DNA of 64,000 nt from Sedimentisphaerales bacterium (GTDB lineage Bacteria > Planctomycetota > Phycisphaerae > Sedimentisphaerales > SM23-30). The notes under the pieces were generated by a model. That model searched no databases. It was not told the origin of the DNA and saw only the letters and a list, made by a program, of their open reading frames with translations. This document shows, piece after piece, positions 1 through 13,586 of this stretch (its first letter is position 1; each line of letters opens with the position of its first letter). The translations under genes were made by a program, and so were the position numbers. Where the stretch lies: NCBI GenBank assembly GCA_963666285.1, contig OY762711.1; one strand, given 5' to 3'.

Positions 1-2
1 TT

Positions 3-563
3 GCAGAGCTGGATGTGCTGGGAGAACTAACCGAGCGGGCCTGGAAAAAAGGATGCCAGGTAATGGTAGAAGGTCCCGGGCATGTTCCTTATGACCAGAT
101 TGAGGAAAATATGAAGCGGCAGCAAAAGGTATGTAAAAATGCTCCATTCTATGTTCTTGGCCCTCTGGTAACAGATATTGCACCAGGTTATGACCATATT
201 ACCAGTGCAATGGGGGCAGTAGCTGCCGCAATACATGGTGCTTGCTATTTGTGTTATGTTACCCCAAGAGAACACTTGGGGCTGCCTGATATTGAAGATG
301 TCAAGCAGGGAGTAATTGCTTATAAGATAGCTGCCCATGCTGCTGATGTTGCTTTGAAAATTCCTGGTGCGAGAAAATGGGATGATGATATCAGCACCGC
401 AAGAGCAAATCTTGACTGGAAGACCCATTTAGGTTTGGCGATTGATACTGAAACCGCTACGAGGATGCATACAGAAAAGAAACTGGATCAGACCGATCAT
501 TGTACTATGTGTGGAAAAGAATGGTGTTCGGTTAGGATATCCAGAGATCTCAAAAAGGTATAA
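3..563 (+). CDS. thiC: Phosphomethylpyrimidine synthase ThiC family, 5'-truncated by the window edge
   Basis: [38 protein letters not shown] and C-terminal CTMCG-x3-C Fe-S motif. Frame is open to the window start. A BzaA/B paralog cannot be excluded. Confidence 0.9.
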   Translation, partial: AELDVLGELTERAWKKGCQVMVEGPGHVPYDQIEENMKRQQKVCKNAPFYVLGPLVTDIAPGYDHITSAMGAVAAAIHGACYLCYVTPREHLGLPDIEDVKQGVIAYKIAAHAADVALKIPGARKWDDDISTARANLDWKTHLGLAIDTETATRMHTEKKLDQTDHCTMCGKEWCSVRISRDLKKV

Positions 564-581
564 AATCCTGATTTTGAGATG

Positions 582-1445
582 TTATATTAAAATTTTCATA
601 TATTCAGATACAGCTTTTTGCCAGCTTTGCGGTTGCCAGCCAATAGTATGATATGTACTACTGCAGTCTAGGACGGACCATGCAGGTCTTTTGGCTGGCC
701 TGGGGAATTCATCTGAGGTGCATGGAGCTAGATCGCAGTTTATTCCAGCCTGAGTAATAGATTCTTTTGCTAGATCGAACCAGGTACATGCCGGACCATT
801 GCAGAAATGGTATATTCCCTTAGCAGAAGTGTTGGAGATATCAAACATGCATTTTGCCAGGTCAGGAGCCCAGGTAGGACAGCCATTCTGATCGTTAACT
901 ACCTTCAAACTGTCTCTATCTTTTGCCAGGTTAATGATTGTGTTTATGAAATTTTTCCCTTTTGGTCCAAATAGCCATGCTGTTCGTATAATAATCCATT
1001 TACAGTTACTTTTTTGTAAAAGCTGTTCTCCGAGAAGCTTACTTCTTCCATAAGCACATTGAGGATTAACGTCGTCTTCTGGTTTATATGGAGTATTGGC
1101 ATCACCGGAAAAAACGTAGTCAGTACTTATGTGTACCAGTGTTGCGTTATGTTTTTCTGCTGCTATTGCAAGGTTTTCAACACCATAACCGTTGATCAGA
1201 TTAGCAACTTCTTCATTTTCTTCTGCACCGTCTACATCAGTAAAAGCTGAACAATTGAATATGACATCTGGTTGATTTTTGGCAACCAGTTTCGACAAAC
1301 TGTCTTTATCTGTTATGTCTACTTTTATTTCATCTTTACCTGGCATTATGTCAGCAAATACAGCTTTTGTGTTCTTGCTGTTTTTTATAATTTCAGTCAG
1401 TTCCTGACCAAGCATTCCTCTTGAGCCAATAATTAGTGATTTCAT
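582..1445 (-). CDS. rfbD: dTDP-4-dehydrorhamnose reductase
   Basis: GSRGMLG Rossmann motif, HISTDYVF, YGRSK, PRPAKRP. Confidence 0.93.
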   Translation of the reverse strand: MKSLIIGSRGMLGQELTEIIKNSKNTKAVFADIMPGKDEIKVDITDKDSLSKLVAKNQPDVIFNCSAFTDVDGAEENEEVANLINGYGVENLAIAAEKHNATLVHISTDYVFSGDANTPYKPEDDVNPQCAYGRSKLLGEQLLQKSNCKWIIIRTAWLFGPKGKNFINTIINLAKDRDSLKVVNDQNGCPTWAPDLAKCMFDISNTSAKGIYHFCNGPACTWFDLAKESITQAGINCDLAPCTSDEFPRPAKRPAWSVLDCSSTYHTIGWQPQSWQKAVSEYMKILI

Positions 1446-1464
1446 GATTAAGGGGCCTTACAAG

Positions 1465-1830
1465 CTAAAGTTGGTATTTATTTAGGAGTTTTGCAACTTG
1501 TTCAACGCATTCTATACAGGGGAGTAGTTTTTGTGATCGAATATCACGACAGGTATTTGCTCCAGCGATTGTTTCAAACTCTTTAAGTAATTTTTTGAAA
1601 TCATCTTCATTCAGCAGCTCACGTGCAGCATGAAGTGCTCCGCACAGTCCACCCGGGGCTCTACCTCCTCCATGAGCTCGATATTGCTCACCAATTTGCT
1701 CATCAGTCATACCGGTTTTATCTGAGAAGGCTTTTAGGACAGCCTGACAACAGTTAAACCTTTCTTTACCGTGAAAATATTGTGCTGCAATAGTGTTATC
1801 GTTTTCCAAGTTATCAATTTCTGTTTGCAT
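1465..1830 (-). CDS. C_GCAxxG_C_C family putative redox-active protein
   Basis: FNCCQAV, GGG..GGLCGALHA, C..I...C..CV pattern. Confidence 0.75.
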   Translation of the reverse strand: MQTEIDNLENDNTIAAQYFHGKERFNCCQAVLKAFSDKTGMTDEQIGEQYRAHGGGRAPGGLCGALHAARELLNEDDFKKLLKEFETIAGANTCRDIRSQKLLPCIECVEQVAKLLNKYQL

Positions 1831-1839
1831 AATTGTGTA

Positions 1840-2853
1840 TTATAAATGGCTTATAAGTTTTGAAGGTTCTTCAGGGCTTTTTGTTATTGATGAAAGGTAC
1901 GCAGTGTTTATTAATGCAATAGTTTCCAAATAAGATTTTGCACAACAATTCAATATTAAATCTGGGTTTTCCAAATGCCCGGCAAAGTTTTCCAGTTGAG
2001 AGATGGTTAAATCTATATTGTTGCAGTCAGATGTGAAATATTCTATTTGTTCGTTCTGTCGGTTGAGTAGTCTGAATTCACTATCTGTAGCGTGAATAGA
2101 ACCTTCCGTACCGTAATATGAAATTGTTTCTTTTTCAGTTCCCGCCATCCAGCCGCAGCAAATATTTGCTATTACATTGTCGTTGTATTCCATAGTTACA
2201 ACGCAGCTGTCTTCGGTCATATATGGCGGTATAGAATTTTTTTTGCATAAGTCACTTTTTATTGCAAATACTCGATTTGGCAGTCCCATAGTCTCTTTAA
2301 TTAAGTCGATTTTATCACAAACACCTTCCAGAAGAACACCTCCTCCGGAAAGTTTAGGTTCTCCTCTCCAATCAAAAACTCCTTTAAATTGTGTGAAATA
2401 ATTTATTGAGACAAGGTATACTTTGCCGATTGTTTTGTTTTTGATAGTGTTTATTATTTTCTGAGTGATAGGTTTAGTTCTATTAATGCAATTTAAGGCA
2501 AGGACACATTTTGCTTTTTGTGTAGCAGTAATCCATTCCTGGGCTTCTGAGATATCTCTTGCTAAAGGGGGGCGTTTGATAATATTACATCCTATTCCAG
2601 CTGCTGTATGGATTAGTTCGCCACATAAATAGTTTGGCAGATTAAGAATAATAATATCCGGTTTTTCATTGAGTATTAACTGGCGGGAGTCGTCATAAGA
2701 TGTAATATTAAATTGTTCGTGGATTTGTTCACACTTTGTTCGCGATTTTTCAGAAATAGCGCAAAGATCAAACATTTCGTTTTGAAGTATATGTTTAATG
2801 AGATTTTCGCCATTAATGCCTAAACCAATAAGTGCAGTGCGGTATGATTTCAT
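1840..2853 (-). CDS. Gfo/Idh/MocA family oxidoreductase
   Basis: N-terminal LIGLG NAD-binding motif, WRG...SGGGVLLE, ED motif, YGTEGSI. Confidence 0.8.
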   Translation of the reverse strand: MKSYRTALIGLGINGENLIKHILQNEMFDLCAISEKSRTKCEQIHEQFNITSYDDSRQLILNEKPDIIILNLPNYLCGELIHTAAGIGCNIIKRPPLARDISEAQEWITATQKAKCVLALNCINRTKPITQKIINTIKNKTIGKVYLVSINYFTQFKGVFDWRGEPKLSGGGVLLEGVCDKIDLIKETMGLPNRVFAIKSDLCKKNSIPPYMTEDSCVVTMEYNDNVIANICCGWMAGTEKETISYYGTEGSIHATDSEFRLLNRQNEQIEYFTSDCNNIDLTISQLENFAGHLENPDLILNCCAKSYLETIALINTAYLSSITKSPEEPSKLISHL

Positions 2854-2884
2854 CTAATTAATCCCTGGAATACAGAATTGAAAA

Positions 2885-3373
2885 TTATCCATTCAGTTTC
2901 TTCTTTAACATTTCAGAAACATATTCAGGCACCATCCCTGAGACGTCACCGTTGTGCTTTGCAACCTCTCTGATTAAAGAAGAGCTTATAAAACCTTTGG
3001 TTTCGCTTGTCATGATGAAAACAGTTTCGATACCGGAGAGAGTTCGATTGGTTAATGCTAACTGAAATTCATAGTGTATATCTGACAGGTCACGCAAGCC
3101 GCGTACAATTACTTGAGCATCAATACGTTTGGCAAAGTCAACTGTGAGATCAGGGTATCTTTCAGCACTAACTTCTGGTATATCCCGTGTTATGTGGTTT
3201 ATCATATCAAGTCGCTCATCGCCGGAAAACATATATTCTTTTTGCGGGCTGTCACCTACTCCAATAATTATTTCATCAAACATTGTAGCTGATCGCAAAA
3301 TAACATCAATATGACCGTTTGTAATAGGGTCAAATGAACCGGGGAAGAGAGCTCTAACATATTTATTCTGCAT
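2885..3373 (-). CDS. coaD: Phosphopantetheine adenylyltransferase
   Basis: FPGSFDPITNGHID, VRGLR..D..YE, ISSSLIREVA. Start placed at ATG 3373, which removes the overlap with the upstream gene. Confidence 0.95.
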   Translation of the reverse strand: MQNKYVRALFPGSFDPITNGHIDVILRSATMFDEIIIGVGDSPQKEYMFSGDERLDMINHITRDIPEVSAERYPDLTVDFAKRIDAQVIVRGLRDLSDIHYEFQLALTNRTLSGIETVFIMTSETKGFISSSLIREVAKHNGDVSGMVPEYVSEMLKKKLNG

Positions 3374-3380
3374 AGTGAGG

Positions 3381-4067
3381 CTAATTATAGTCAGAACCTT
3401 CGATTCCGTCAATTGTTACATTTGCATCAGGAAAATCGTCATTGGCTCTGTTAATTTTCTCTGCATCAAGAAATGCGGTATGGCTGTCTGCAAATATAAA
3501 GTTTCTTTTCCCTTTCCAGTTCCACCACCCATTATCGTAATCAATAAGAGCATGATTACTGTTCCATTCACCAAAAATGATTTTTTGGGACGGATTTTTA
3601 ACAAATTCTGATTTTTGTTTAACCGGTGGGATTGGTGCAGCGTCACCATATGTCTGGCTATATTCAGATATGCTGTTGATTTGTTCTTTGCTATGATAAA
3701 AGCTCATAGAATATACATAACTGCTGATTTCGCTATTTGTAATTTCATCAGAAGCAGATGGGCAGTTAAAAATTTCTGGCTCAGAAACATACGGCTCCAG
3801 TAACTTATTCCATTCGCTTCCCATCCAGATTCTGGATCCTGAAGAATTAACAGGTATGCCAGAGATGTAATAAGAGTCATTGTCTTGGGTATAAACCTCG
3901 GTAGCTAGTGAGAAGTTTTTGAGGTTAAATTGGCAAATTGTACGTCGGGATGTAATTTGAGCATTAGATAATGAAGGCAGAAATACTCCCACCAGCATAA
4001 CTAAAGCTGTTAATGCTACCAACACTTCTGTGATGGTAAAGCCTTTATTGTCAATATATTTACGCAT
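3381..4067 (-). CDS. Planctomycete-type prepilin N-terminal methylation domain protein (DUF1559-like, H-X9-DG type)
   Basis: KGFTITEVLV + hydrophobic helix, C..NLK, FNCPS, C-terminal RNFIFADSH. Confidence 0.8.
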   Translation of the reverse strand: MRKYIDNKGFTITEVLVALTALVMLVGVFLPSLSNAQITSRRTICQFNLKNFSLATEVYTQDNDSYYISGIPVNSSGSRIWMGSEWNKLLEPYVSEPEIFNCPSASDEITNSEISSYVYSMSFYHSKEQINSISEYSQTYGDAAPIPPVKQKSEFVKNPSQKIIFGEWNSNHALIDYDNGWWNWKGKRNFIFADSHTAFLDAEKINRANDDFPDANVTIDGIEGSDYN

Positions 4068-4163
4068 AGGATAGTTCTGTTATCGGTATTTTCTAGTCCT
4101 ATCTTAATTTATTTATTCTGACAATTTTGTAAAGGCGATCGTGTAAACAGCAATATATATAAA

Positions 4164-4673
4164 TTATAGGACAGATGCCTTATTGATGGCAACAGGTTCT
4201 ACCGGTACATCTGCATATGGGCCGACAGTATGGGTCTTAACAGCGACAATTTTGTCTAAAATATCCATACCATCAACTACTTCACCAAAAACAGCGTACC
4301 CATTTGGGTCGTACATTTCCGGGTCAAGCTTGCCGCTGTTGTCAACGACATTGATAAAAAATTGTGAAGTTGCACTATTGGGATCAGAAGTTCTTGCATA
4401 GCTTATTGAGCCTCTGATATTGCTTAAACCGTTTTGGGCTTCATTGATTATTGGAGATTTTGTATCTTTTTGAACCATATTAGCGTCAAATCCGCCGCCC
4501 TGAACCACAAAACCAGGAATAACTCTATGGAATATTATTCCGTCATAAAATCCTTCTGTGACATAGCTTAGAAAATTTTCACATGATACAGGCGCCTTAT
4601 CTGGATTAAGCTCAATGATGAAATTGCCCATTGTGGTTTCAAACAAGACCTTGGTTGCGGATCCATCGGACAT
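4164..4673 (-). CDS. Cyclophilin-type peptidyl-prolyl cis-trans isomerase
   Basis: FYDGIIFHRVIPGFVVQGGG, ARTSDPNSATSQFFIN, GYAVFGEV. Confidence 0.93.
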   Translation of the reverse strand: MSDGSATKVLFETTMGNFIIELNPDKAPVSCENFLSYVTEGFYDGIIFHRVIPGFVVQGGGFDANMVQKDTKSPIINEAQNGLSNIRGSISYARTSDPNSATSQFFINVVDNSGKLDPEMYDPNGYAVFGEVVDGMDILDKIVAVKTHTVGPYADVPVEPVAINKASVL

Positions 4674-4826
4674 TTATATAATTCCTTTCCAGAGAAAGAG
4701 TGTTTTTTAGCTTTTTTACTATTTAAAGTATACGATTCTTTACTTAGATATCACAAAACATGTTTATTATACCGTCTAGTAGTAAAAAAACAATATAAAT
4801 ATTTGTAAAGTATCTATTTAGGTAAA

Positions 4827-5318
4827 TTAGACCTTACAGGCATCATATTCCATTGAATCAAGATCTAAGATCACAACGTTACCTGAACCGGTAATCCAAT
4901 CAGTAGCTTCACCTGGATTTATTACCAGGGATTTACCTTCCTGGCGGATATCCTGACTGTGGGTGTGGCCGTAAATTATTAAGTCGAATTCCTGGCATTG
5001 GATTATCTCATGTAAATCAAAAGGCACGTGTGTCATAAAAATCTTTTTTCCATTTATTGTGCCTTTGAAGCAGTATTCGTGAATTTCACCGCCAATAGAA
5101 TCAAAAGTCTTTTTTAGTGCCAGTTTTTCACCGTCATTGTTACCGAATACTGCAATAATCTTTCTGCAATCCAGATCGTCGAAAGCTTTTGCAGTAAAAG
5201 GAGATACGATATCTCCTGCATGGAATACGATATCAACTTTCTTTTCATTGAAAAGTGCTATTGCATCTAATACGCTTTTGTGATGGTCATGAGTATCGGA
5301 AATTATACCTGCAAGCAT
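4827..5318 (-). CDS. YfcE/MJ0936-family metallophosphoesterase
   Basis: ISDTH, HAGD, GNND, GHTH, NPG motifs. Confidence 0.88.
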   Translation of the reverse strand: MLAGIISDTHDHHKSVLDAIALFNEKKVDIVFHAGDIVSPFTAKAFDDLDCRKIIAVFGNNDGEKLALKKTFDSIGGEIHEYCFKGTINGKKIFMTHVPFDLHEIIQCQEFDLIIYGHTHSQDIRQEGKSLVINPGEATDWITGSGNVVILDLDSMEYDACKV

Positions 5319-5532
5319 TTATTGTTCCTCAATCTAAAAGTCTTCTCAAATAGGTAGGGTGGACAAGGTTATATATACCTCATCTTACTATTTTTATCAT
5401 AATATAGCAATGCAAACAAGTCTAAAACAAAAGTTTATGAACAAATTAGTGTGAACGAACTTTATTATTGTCATAATTCTTTTATATGATTATGATTATG
5501 ACTTCTTGGCATTATATACGTAAGGAGTAAAT

Positions 5533-6801
5533 ATGAATTATTTTGAGGTTAACGGCCCTTGTCGTTTGAATGGTGAAATTGAAATCAGTGGTTCAAAAAA
5601 TGCAGCATTACCCATCATGGCGGCGGCATTGCTTGCTCCAGGAAAATCCGTTTTGAGGTCTGTACCTGATTTGTCTGATATCCGGGTATTAAGCAGTTTG
5701 ATTGAATCACTTGGATGTAAGGTTCAAAGACAAAAAGATGGTTCTTTAAGTATTGATGCTACAAATATTTCCAATCCTCACGGTGATTATGAAATCGTGC
5801 GGCAGTTGCGAGCGGGTATTTGTATATTGGGGCCATTGCTGGCCCGATGTCGCAAAGTTGAAGTTTCTATGCCGGGAGGATGTGCGATTGGCAACAGGCC
5901 AATTGATATACATGTTCGTGGGTTACGTGAACTTGGTGCAAATTGTTATCTAAAGGGGGGGTATGTTATTGCCGAAGCTCCGAATGGATTAGTTGGTTCT
6001 GAAATCTTTCTAGGAGGCCCCTGTGGTTCAACTGTTCTTGGTACAGCAAATATTCTTTCAGCGGCAACTTTAGCCAAGGGAAGGACTGTAATAGAATCAG
6101 CTGCATGTGAACCCGAGATAATAGATTTATGCAATATGCTTGTAAAAATGGGAGCTAAAATCGCAGGTATTGGGTCTCCAAGGTTGACTGTTGATGGAGT
6201 AACTGAATTATCACCGGTTAATCATGACGTGATACCGGACAGGATTGAAGCCGGTACTTTTATGTGTGCCGCAGCTATTACGGAAGGAGTCTTAAAACTT
6301 AATAATTGTAGAAATGATCATTTGATTGCGATGGTTGATAAACTTCGCGGCATAGGTGTGACTATAGATAAAACGAAAAATGGTTGTGAAGTTTCTCGTC
6401 GAGGGAGGTTAAATCCGGCAGACGTTACAACACAGCCTTATCCAGGATTTCCTACAGATTTACAGGCTCAATTAATGGCTGTTCTTGCAATAGCGGATGG
6501 AAATAGCGTTGTTGTCGAGAAAATCTTTCCTCAGCGATTTATGCACGTTGCCGAACTTAATCGTATGGGAGCGAGTTTGCGTAAGGAAGGTGATATTGTG
6601 GTCGTAGCAGGAGTTGACAGGCTTAGCGGTGCTCCAGTTATGGCTTCAGATCTGAGAGCATCTGCAGCTTTAGTTATTGCTGGGTTGGCTGCCGAGGGTA
6701 TTACTACAGTTAAAAGAATATATCATATAGATAGAGGTTATGAGCATATAGAAGAAAAACTTAATAGGGCAGGAGCGTCAATTACTAGATTGGATGAATA
6801 A
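5533..6801 (+). CDS. murA: UDP-N-acetylglucosamine 1-carboxyvinyltransferase
   Basis: SGSKNAALP, PGGCAIGNRP (catalytic Cys present), PDRIEAGT, YPGFPTDLQ, HIDRGYE; RBS AAGGAG. Confidence 0.96.
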   Translation: MNYFEVNGPCRLNGEIEISGSKNAALPIMAAALLAPGKSVLRSVPDLSDIRVLSSLIESLGCKVQRQKDGSLSIDATNISNPHGDYEIVRQLRAGICILGPLLARCRKVEVSMPGGCAIGNRPIDIHVRGLRELGANCYLKGGYVIAEAPNGLVGSEIFLGGPCGSTVLGTANILSAATLAKGRTVIESAACEPEIIDLCNMLVKMGAKIAGIGSPRLTVDGVTELSPVNHDVIPDRIEAGTFMCAAAITEGVLKLNNCRNDHLIAMVDKLRGIGVTIDKTKNGCEVSRRGRLNPADVTTQPYPGFPTDLQAQLMAVLAIADGNSVVVEKIFPQRFMHVAELNRMGASLRKEGDIVVVAGVDRLSGAPVMASDLRASAALVIAGLAAEGITTVKRIYHIDRGYEHIEEKLNRAGASITRLDE

Positions 6802-6839
6802 AACAAATCGATTTTATTGACTGAAGTATTTTTAAATAA

Positions 6840-7040
6840 TTAATTGTCATATTCTTCAGGAAATTCTAAATCTTCCTCATCAATTTCTACTGCCGGAATG
6901 GAGTATCCTTCAGTAAACCATACCCCCAGATCAACCTGCTGACATCGTTTACTGCAGAATGGCTTTAATTCGCCGCTATCGCCATTGCTATTGCCGCAGA
7001 TAGGGCACTTATCAGAATTAAATCTTGCTGAATTTGCCAA
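6840..7040 (-). CDS. yacG: YacG-like zinc-binding DNA gyrase inhibitor
   Basis: CPICG...PFCSKRCQQVDLG.W..E.Y.IP and acidic tail; TTG start. Confidence 0.82.
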   Translation of the reverse strand: MANSARFNSDKCPICGNSNGDSGELKPFCSKRCQQVDLGVWFTEGYSIPAVEIDEEDLEFPEEYDN

Positions 7041-7042
7041 TG

Positions 7043-7351
7043 TTAACTAACCTTCTTGTCGTTTGAGGAAGATTTGCCTGTGTCGCATTTCTTGTCAGAT
7101 TTTGTCTTGCTTTCGCTTTTGCTGCTGTTTTTTTCACTGTCTGCACTTGCAGCCTTTTTATAGCCTTCGCTGCGATAATCAGTCTCGTAAAAGCCGCTGC
7201 CTTTAAAGATTAACCCGGCACCGGTACCTATCAGCCTTTTTAACTTCAATTTGCCGCATTCTGGACATTTTTTTAGCGGTTTAGAAGTAATCGACTGAAA
7301 TTCTTCGAATGTGTAATCGCATGCATCACATTTATAGTCATATGTCGGCAT
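7043..7351 (-). CDS. FmdB-family zinc ribbon protein
   Basis: MPTYDYKCDAC...CPECG...FKGSGFYETDY. Confidence 0.9.
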   Translation of the reverse strand: MPTYDYKCDACDYTFEEFQSITSKPLKKCPECGKLKLKRLIGTGAGLIFKGSGFYETDYRSEGYKKAASADSEKNSSKSESKTKSDKKCDTGKSSSNDKKVS

Positions 7352-7353
7352 TT

Positions 7354-7986
7354 TTACTCCTCTGAATTTTCTTCCTGGCTGCCTTCGCTTTCATTGTTTT
7401 CCGGCTCGGTTATTTCCTGAACAGCTTTTGCTATTGAAACTTTGGCCGGACGTAGTGTCCGCTCGTTCATTTCATATCCAGCTGCCAGTTCCATGATAAC
7501 ATGGTTAGCTTCAACTTCGTCGGACTCAACATGCATCATAGCCTCATGCTTGGTAGGGTCAAAAGCACAGCCTTTTTCAACTGTGATCTTTCTCATACCG
7601 GCTGTTTTCAATGTGTCATACATGTGGTCATATACAATCTGCATTCCCTGCATGATAGATACAATGTCGCCGGTGTCTTTTCCTTTTTCCAGGGCATGCT
7701 CAAAATTATCCAGTACAGGCAGCAGATTTTTGATAATTCTCTCGGATGCAAAATCTGATGCCTGCTCAATCTGGCGTTCGGCACGTTTTTGATAATTTTG
7801 ATATTCAGCTGCCATACGCAGGAGCTTATCCTTCATTTCATCAACGGTTGGCTCCTGTTTTTCGACATTTTGTTCTGAATTTGAACTTTCATTATTGCAA
7901 GTTTGTTCTTCTTTGTTGATTTCGGTCTCTTCAACTACTTCCTGCTTCTTTTGTTCTTCTACTTTATTCTTAGCTTTCTTTTTCAT
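7354..7986 (-). CDS. grpE: Nucleotide exchange factor GrpE
   Basis: AEYQNYQKR, LLPVLDNFEHAL, FDPTKHEAM, GY....RTLRPAKV. Confidence 0.95.
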   Translation of the reverse strand: MKKKAKNKVEEQKKQEVVEETEINKEEQTCNNESSNSEQNVEKQEPTVDEMKDKLLRMAAEYQNYQKRAERQIEQASDFASERIIKNLLPVLDNFEHALEKGKDTGDIVSIMQGMQIVYDHMYDTLKTAGMRKITVEKGCAFDPTKHEAMMHVESDEVEANHVIMELAAGYEMNERTLRPAKVSIAKAVQEITEPENNESEGSQEENSEE

Positions 7987-8053
7987 AATCCATTTCCAGC
8001 TATAATAAGTCCTTTATTATTGTTTGCCTAAATTACCGTACCGGTTTCAAAGA

Positions 8054-9181
8054 CTAAAAATACTCTTTAAGTTTATCCAAAAACTTCTTACGCTCGGGCA
8101 TAACATTTTTGTGTTCTGTTTCAGCGTATTCTCTTAACAGTTTTTCCTGATCCTTACTTAGCTTTTCGGGTATTTCAATCAAAACCTGCACCATTAGTGA
8201 ACCTCTGCGTCCACTTCTCAGATTTGGCAGCCCCTGGGCTTTTAGTTCAATTACTTTGCCATACTGAGTTCCTTTGGGAACCTCAACTTCTATTTTGCCG
8301 CTCAATGTCGGTACTTCTATTTTAGCTCCTAACGCAGCCTGGGTGAAGCTGATAGGTACCCTTACAATCAGGTCATCATCCTGACGTTGGATAATCGGGT
8401 CTTCTTTTATTCGTACGTAGCAGTACAGGTCGCCGCGTGATCCGCCCAGAGAACCTGGTTCTCCTTCACCTGTTACTCTAACCGCCTGACCTTCTGCGAT
8501 TCCGGCTGGAAATTTAACAGCAAGTCTGCGTGTTTGATTCTCTGTTCCGCTGCCGCCGCACTTTTTGCATGGGTGGGTAACTGTTTTGCCTGCACCTTTA
8601 CAGGCAGGGCACGTTGTAACCATTCTGAACAGTCCGCCCATACCGCTTTGTGCAACCTGGCCCTGGCCTCCGCATTGACTGCATACCTGCAAATCATGAC
8701 CGGGTTCACAGCCGTTACCGCCGCAGGTGCTGCATACTTCGCGACGCCTGAATTCCAGTTCTTTTTCGACACCGATTAGAACTTCTTTGAGGGTCAGGTC
8801 AATTTGAGTTTCGATATTTGGACCACGCCGTGGCCTGTTTGCCTGGGCACGGCTTCTGCCGCGACCGCCGAATATGCCGCCGCCAAATATGTCGTCAAAC
8901 ATGCTGAAGATATCATCCATACCCATATGGGTATAATCATGCATCCCGGCGCCACGTAGTCCGTCATGGCCATACTGGTCGTAGCGAGCTTTTTTTTCTG
9001 CATCACTTAATACTTCGTAGGCCTCGGCACATTCCTTAAATTTGCGTTCTGCTTCTGCGTCACCAGGATTCTTGTCCGGGTGATACTTCAGGGCCATTCT
9101 GCGATAAGCACGCTTGCATTCTTCAGCGTTTGCATCCCGGTTTATCCCTAAAACCTCATAATAATCTCGCTTGGAACTCAT
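8054..9181 (-). CDS. dnaJ: Chaperone DnaJ
   Basis: J-domain HPD, G/F-rich region, four CxxCxGxG zinc-finger repeats. Confidence 0.97.
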   Translation of the reverse strand: MSSKRDYYEVLGINRDANAEECKRAYRRMALKYHPDKNPGDAEAERKFKECAEAYEVLSDAEKKARYDQYGHDGLRGAGMHDYTHMGMDDIFSMFDDIFGGGIFGGRGRSRAQANRPRRGPNIETQIDLTLKEVLIGVEKELEFRRREVCSTCGGNGCEPGHDLQVCSQCGGQGQVAQSGMGGLFRMVTTCPACKGAGKTVTHPCKKCGGSGTENQTRRLAVKFPAGIAEGQAVRVTGEGEPGSLGGSRGDLYCYVRIKEDPIIQRQDDDLIVRVPISFTQAALGAKIEVPTLSGKIEVEVPKGTQYGKVIELKAQGLPNLRSGRRGSLMVQVLIEIPEKLSKDQEKLLREYAETEHKNVMPERKKFLDKLKEYF

Positions 9182-9267
9182 TTCACAGCCCTTCGGTTAA
9201 ATAAGCAAATCTTTTTTGCGGGTAATTAAATCGCTGCATAATATATTTGCTCTATTTTTATATAACA

Positions 9268-9300
9268 ACCGCAAACCACATTAGGTAATGCGGTTGCGGT
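9268..9300 (-). terminator. Stem-loop between groEL and dnaJ (possible terminator or mRNA-stabilising hairpin)
   Basis: ACCGCAAACCACATT-AGGT-AATGCGGTTGCGGT imperfect inverted repeat; no strong U-tract. Confidence 0.45.
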
Positions 9301-9364
9301 CATTATTCTAAAATCTATAAATTATCTAATCATAAAGTCAGTTCTATCGCCTATCTTTATGTGA

Positions 9365-11011
<1,647 letters not shown>

Positions 11012-11052
11012 CTAAATATGAAAATATGATTTATACTCGGTTAGCTTTAAAC

Positions 11053-11340
11053 TTATTCAATTACTGCAAGAATATCTGACTCACGCAGGATAACATATTT
11101 TTCGCCGGAAATCTCTACTTCCGTACCTGAATACTTGCCGTAGAATACTTCATCACCTTTTTTGACGCTCAATGCAGCCCGTTCGCCGCTATCCAGGAGT
11201 TTGCCTGGGCCGAGAAATTCAACTTTGCCACGTTGTGGTTTTTCCTGGGCGCTGCCTGGCAGGACAATTCCGCCGGCTGTCATTGCTTCTGCTTCACACT
11301 GTTTTACGATTACTCTATCATCTAAAGGTTTAATAGCCAT
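11053..11340 (-). CDS. groS: Co-chaperonin GroES
   Basis: IKPLDDRV, GGIVLP..AQEKP, YSGTEV, LRESDILAVI. Confidence 0.97.
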   Translation of the reverse strand: MAIKPLDDRVIVKQCEAEAMTAGGIVLPGSAQEKPQRGKVEFLGPGKLLDSGERAALSVKKGDEVFYGKYSGTEVEISGEKYVILRESDILAVIE

Positions 11341-11409
11341 TGTATTTATCTCCGTTATATTTTTATGTTTGTTATATATTATTTGGTTTCAGTTTATTAT
11401 GGGCGTAGC

Positions 11410-13140
<1,731 letters not shown>

Positions 13141-13207
13141 TTAAGTACTTATATCATTTTTACGGTAGTGTGTCCGAATGTATGCACATCCTGACGACTA
13201 TCTTACA

Positions 13208-13223
13208 TGCAAGATTTATGCCA
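13208..13223 (-). promoter_or_regulatory. Sigma-54 (-24/-12) promoter of the chaperone operon
   Basis: Minus strand reads TGGCAT-AAATC-TTGCA, matching TGGCAC-N5-TTGCW, about 107 bp upstream of the groEL start. Confidence 0.75.
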
Positions 13224-13311
13224 TTTGTGGCTTGTAGTCTAACTCTTTGTTAAGTGCTTTGTATGCAATAGATTACGCATATTAGTGAAATGTTGCCCTT
13301 CATTTAGGTAC

Positions 13312-13354
13312 TGCCATACTGACAATCTGTCACCTGACTCTGCCACATGTGGCA
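13312..13354. promoter_or_regulatory. TGNCA pentamer array, candidate enhancer-binding-protein sites
   Basis: TGCCA-tac-TGACA-atc-TGTCA, then palindromic TGCCA-catg-TGGCA, about 90-130 bp upstream of the sigma-54 site. Confidence 0.5.
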
Positions 13355-13586
13355 GGAAGCTATAAACCGGCATATATGGGGGATTAAAATTTGATTTGAT
13401 ATACCGAAAATGCTATAGTTTAAGTTATTCTTTTAAGGAATTATGCAAAGGGGATCTTAATAAACAGCCTTTTGAGTTCAAATTTACTATTTATAGGTGT
13501 GTGCCTTAATTCGTTATTTTATAATGTGTTATATTTTTTTGTTTTTTGGACTCTAAATTACTCATTATTATGGGTTTATAAATATA

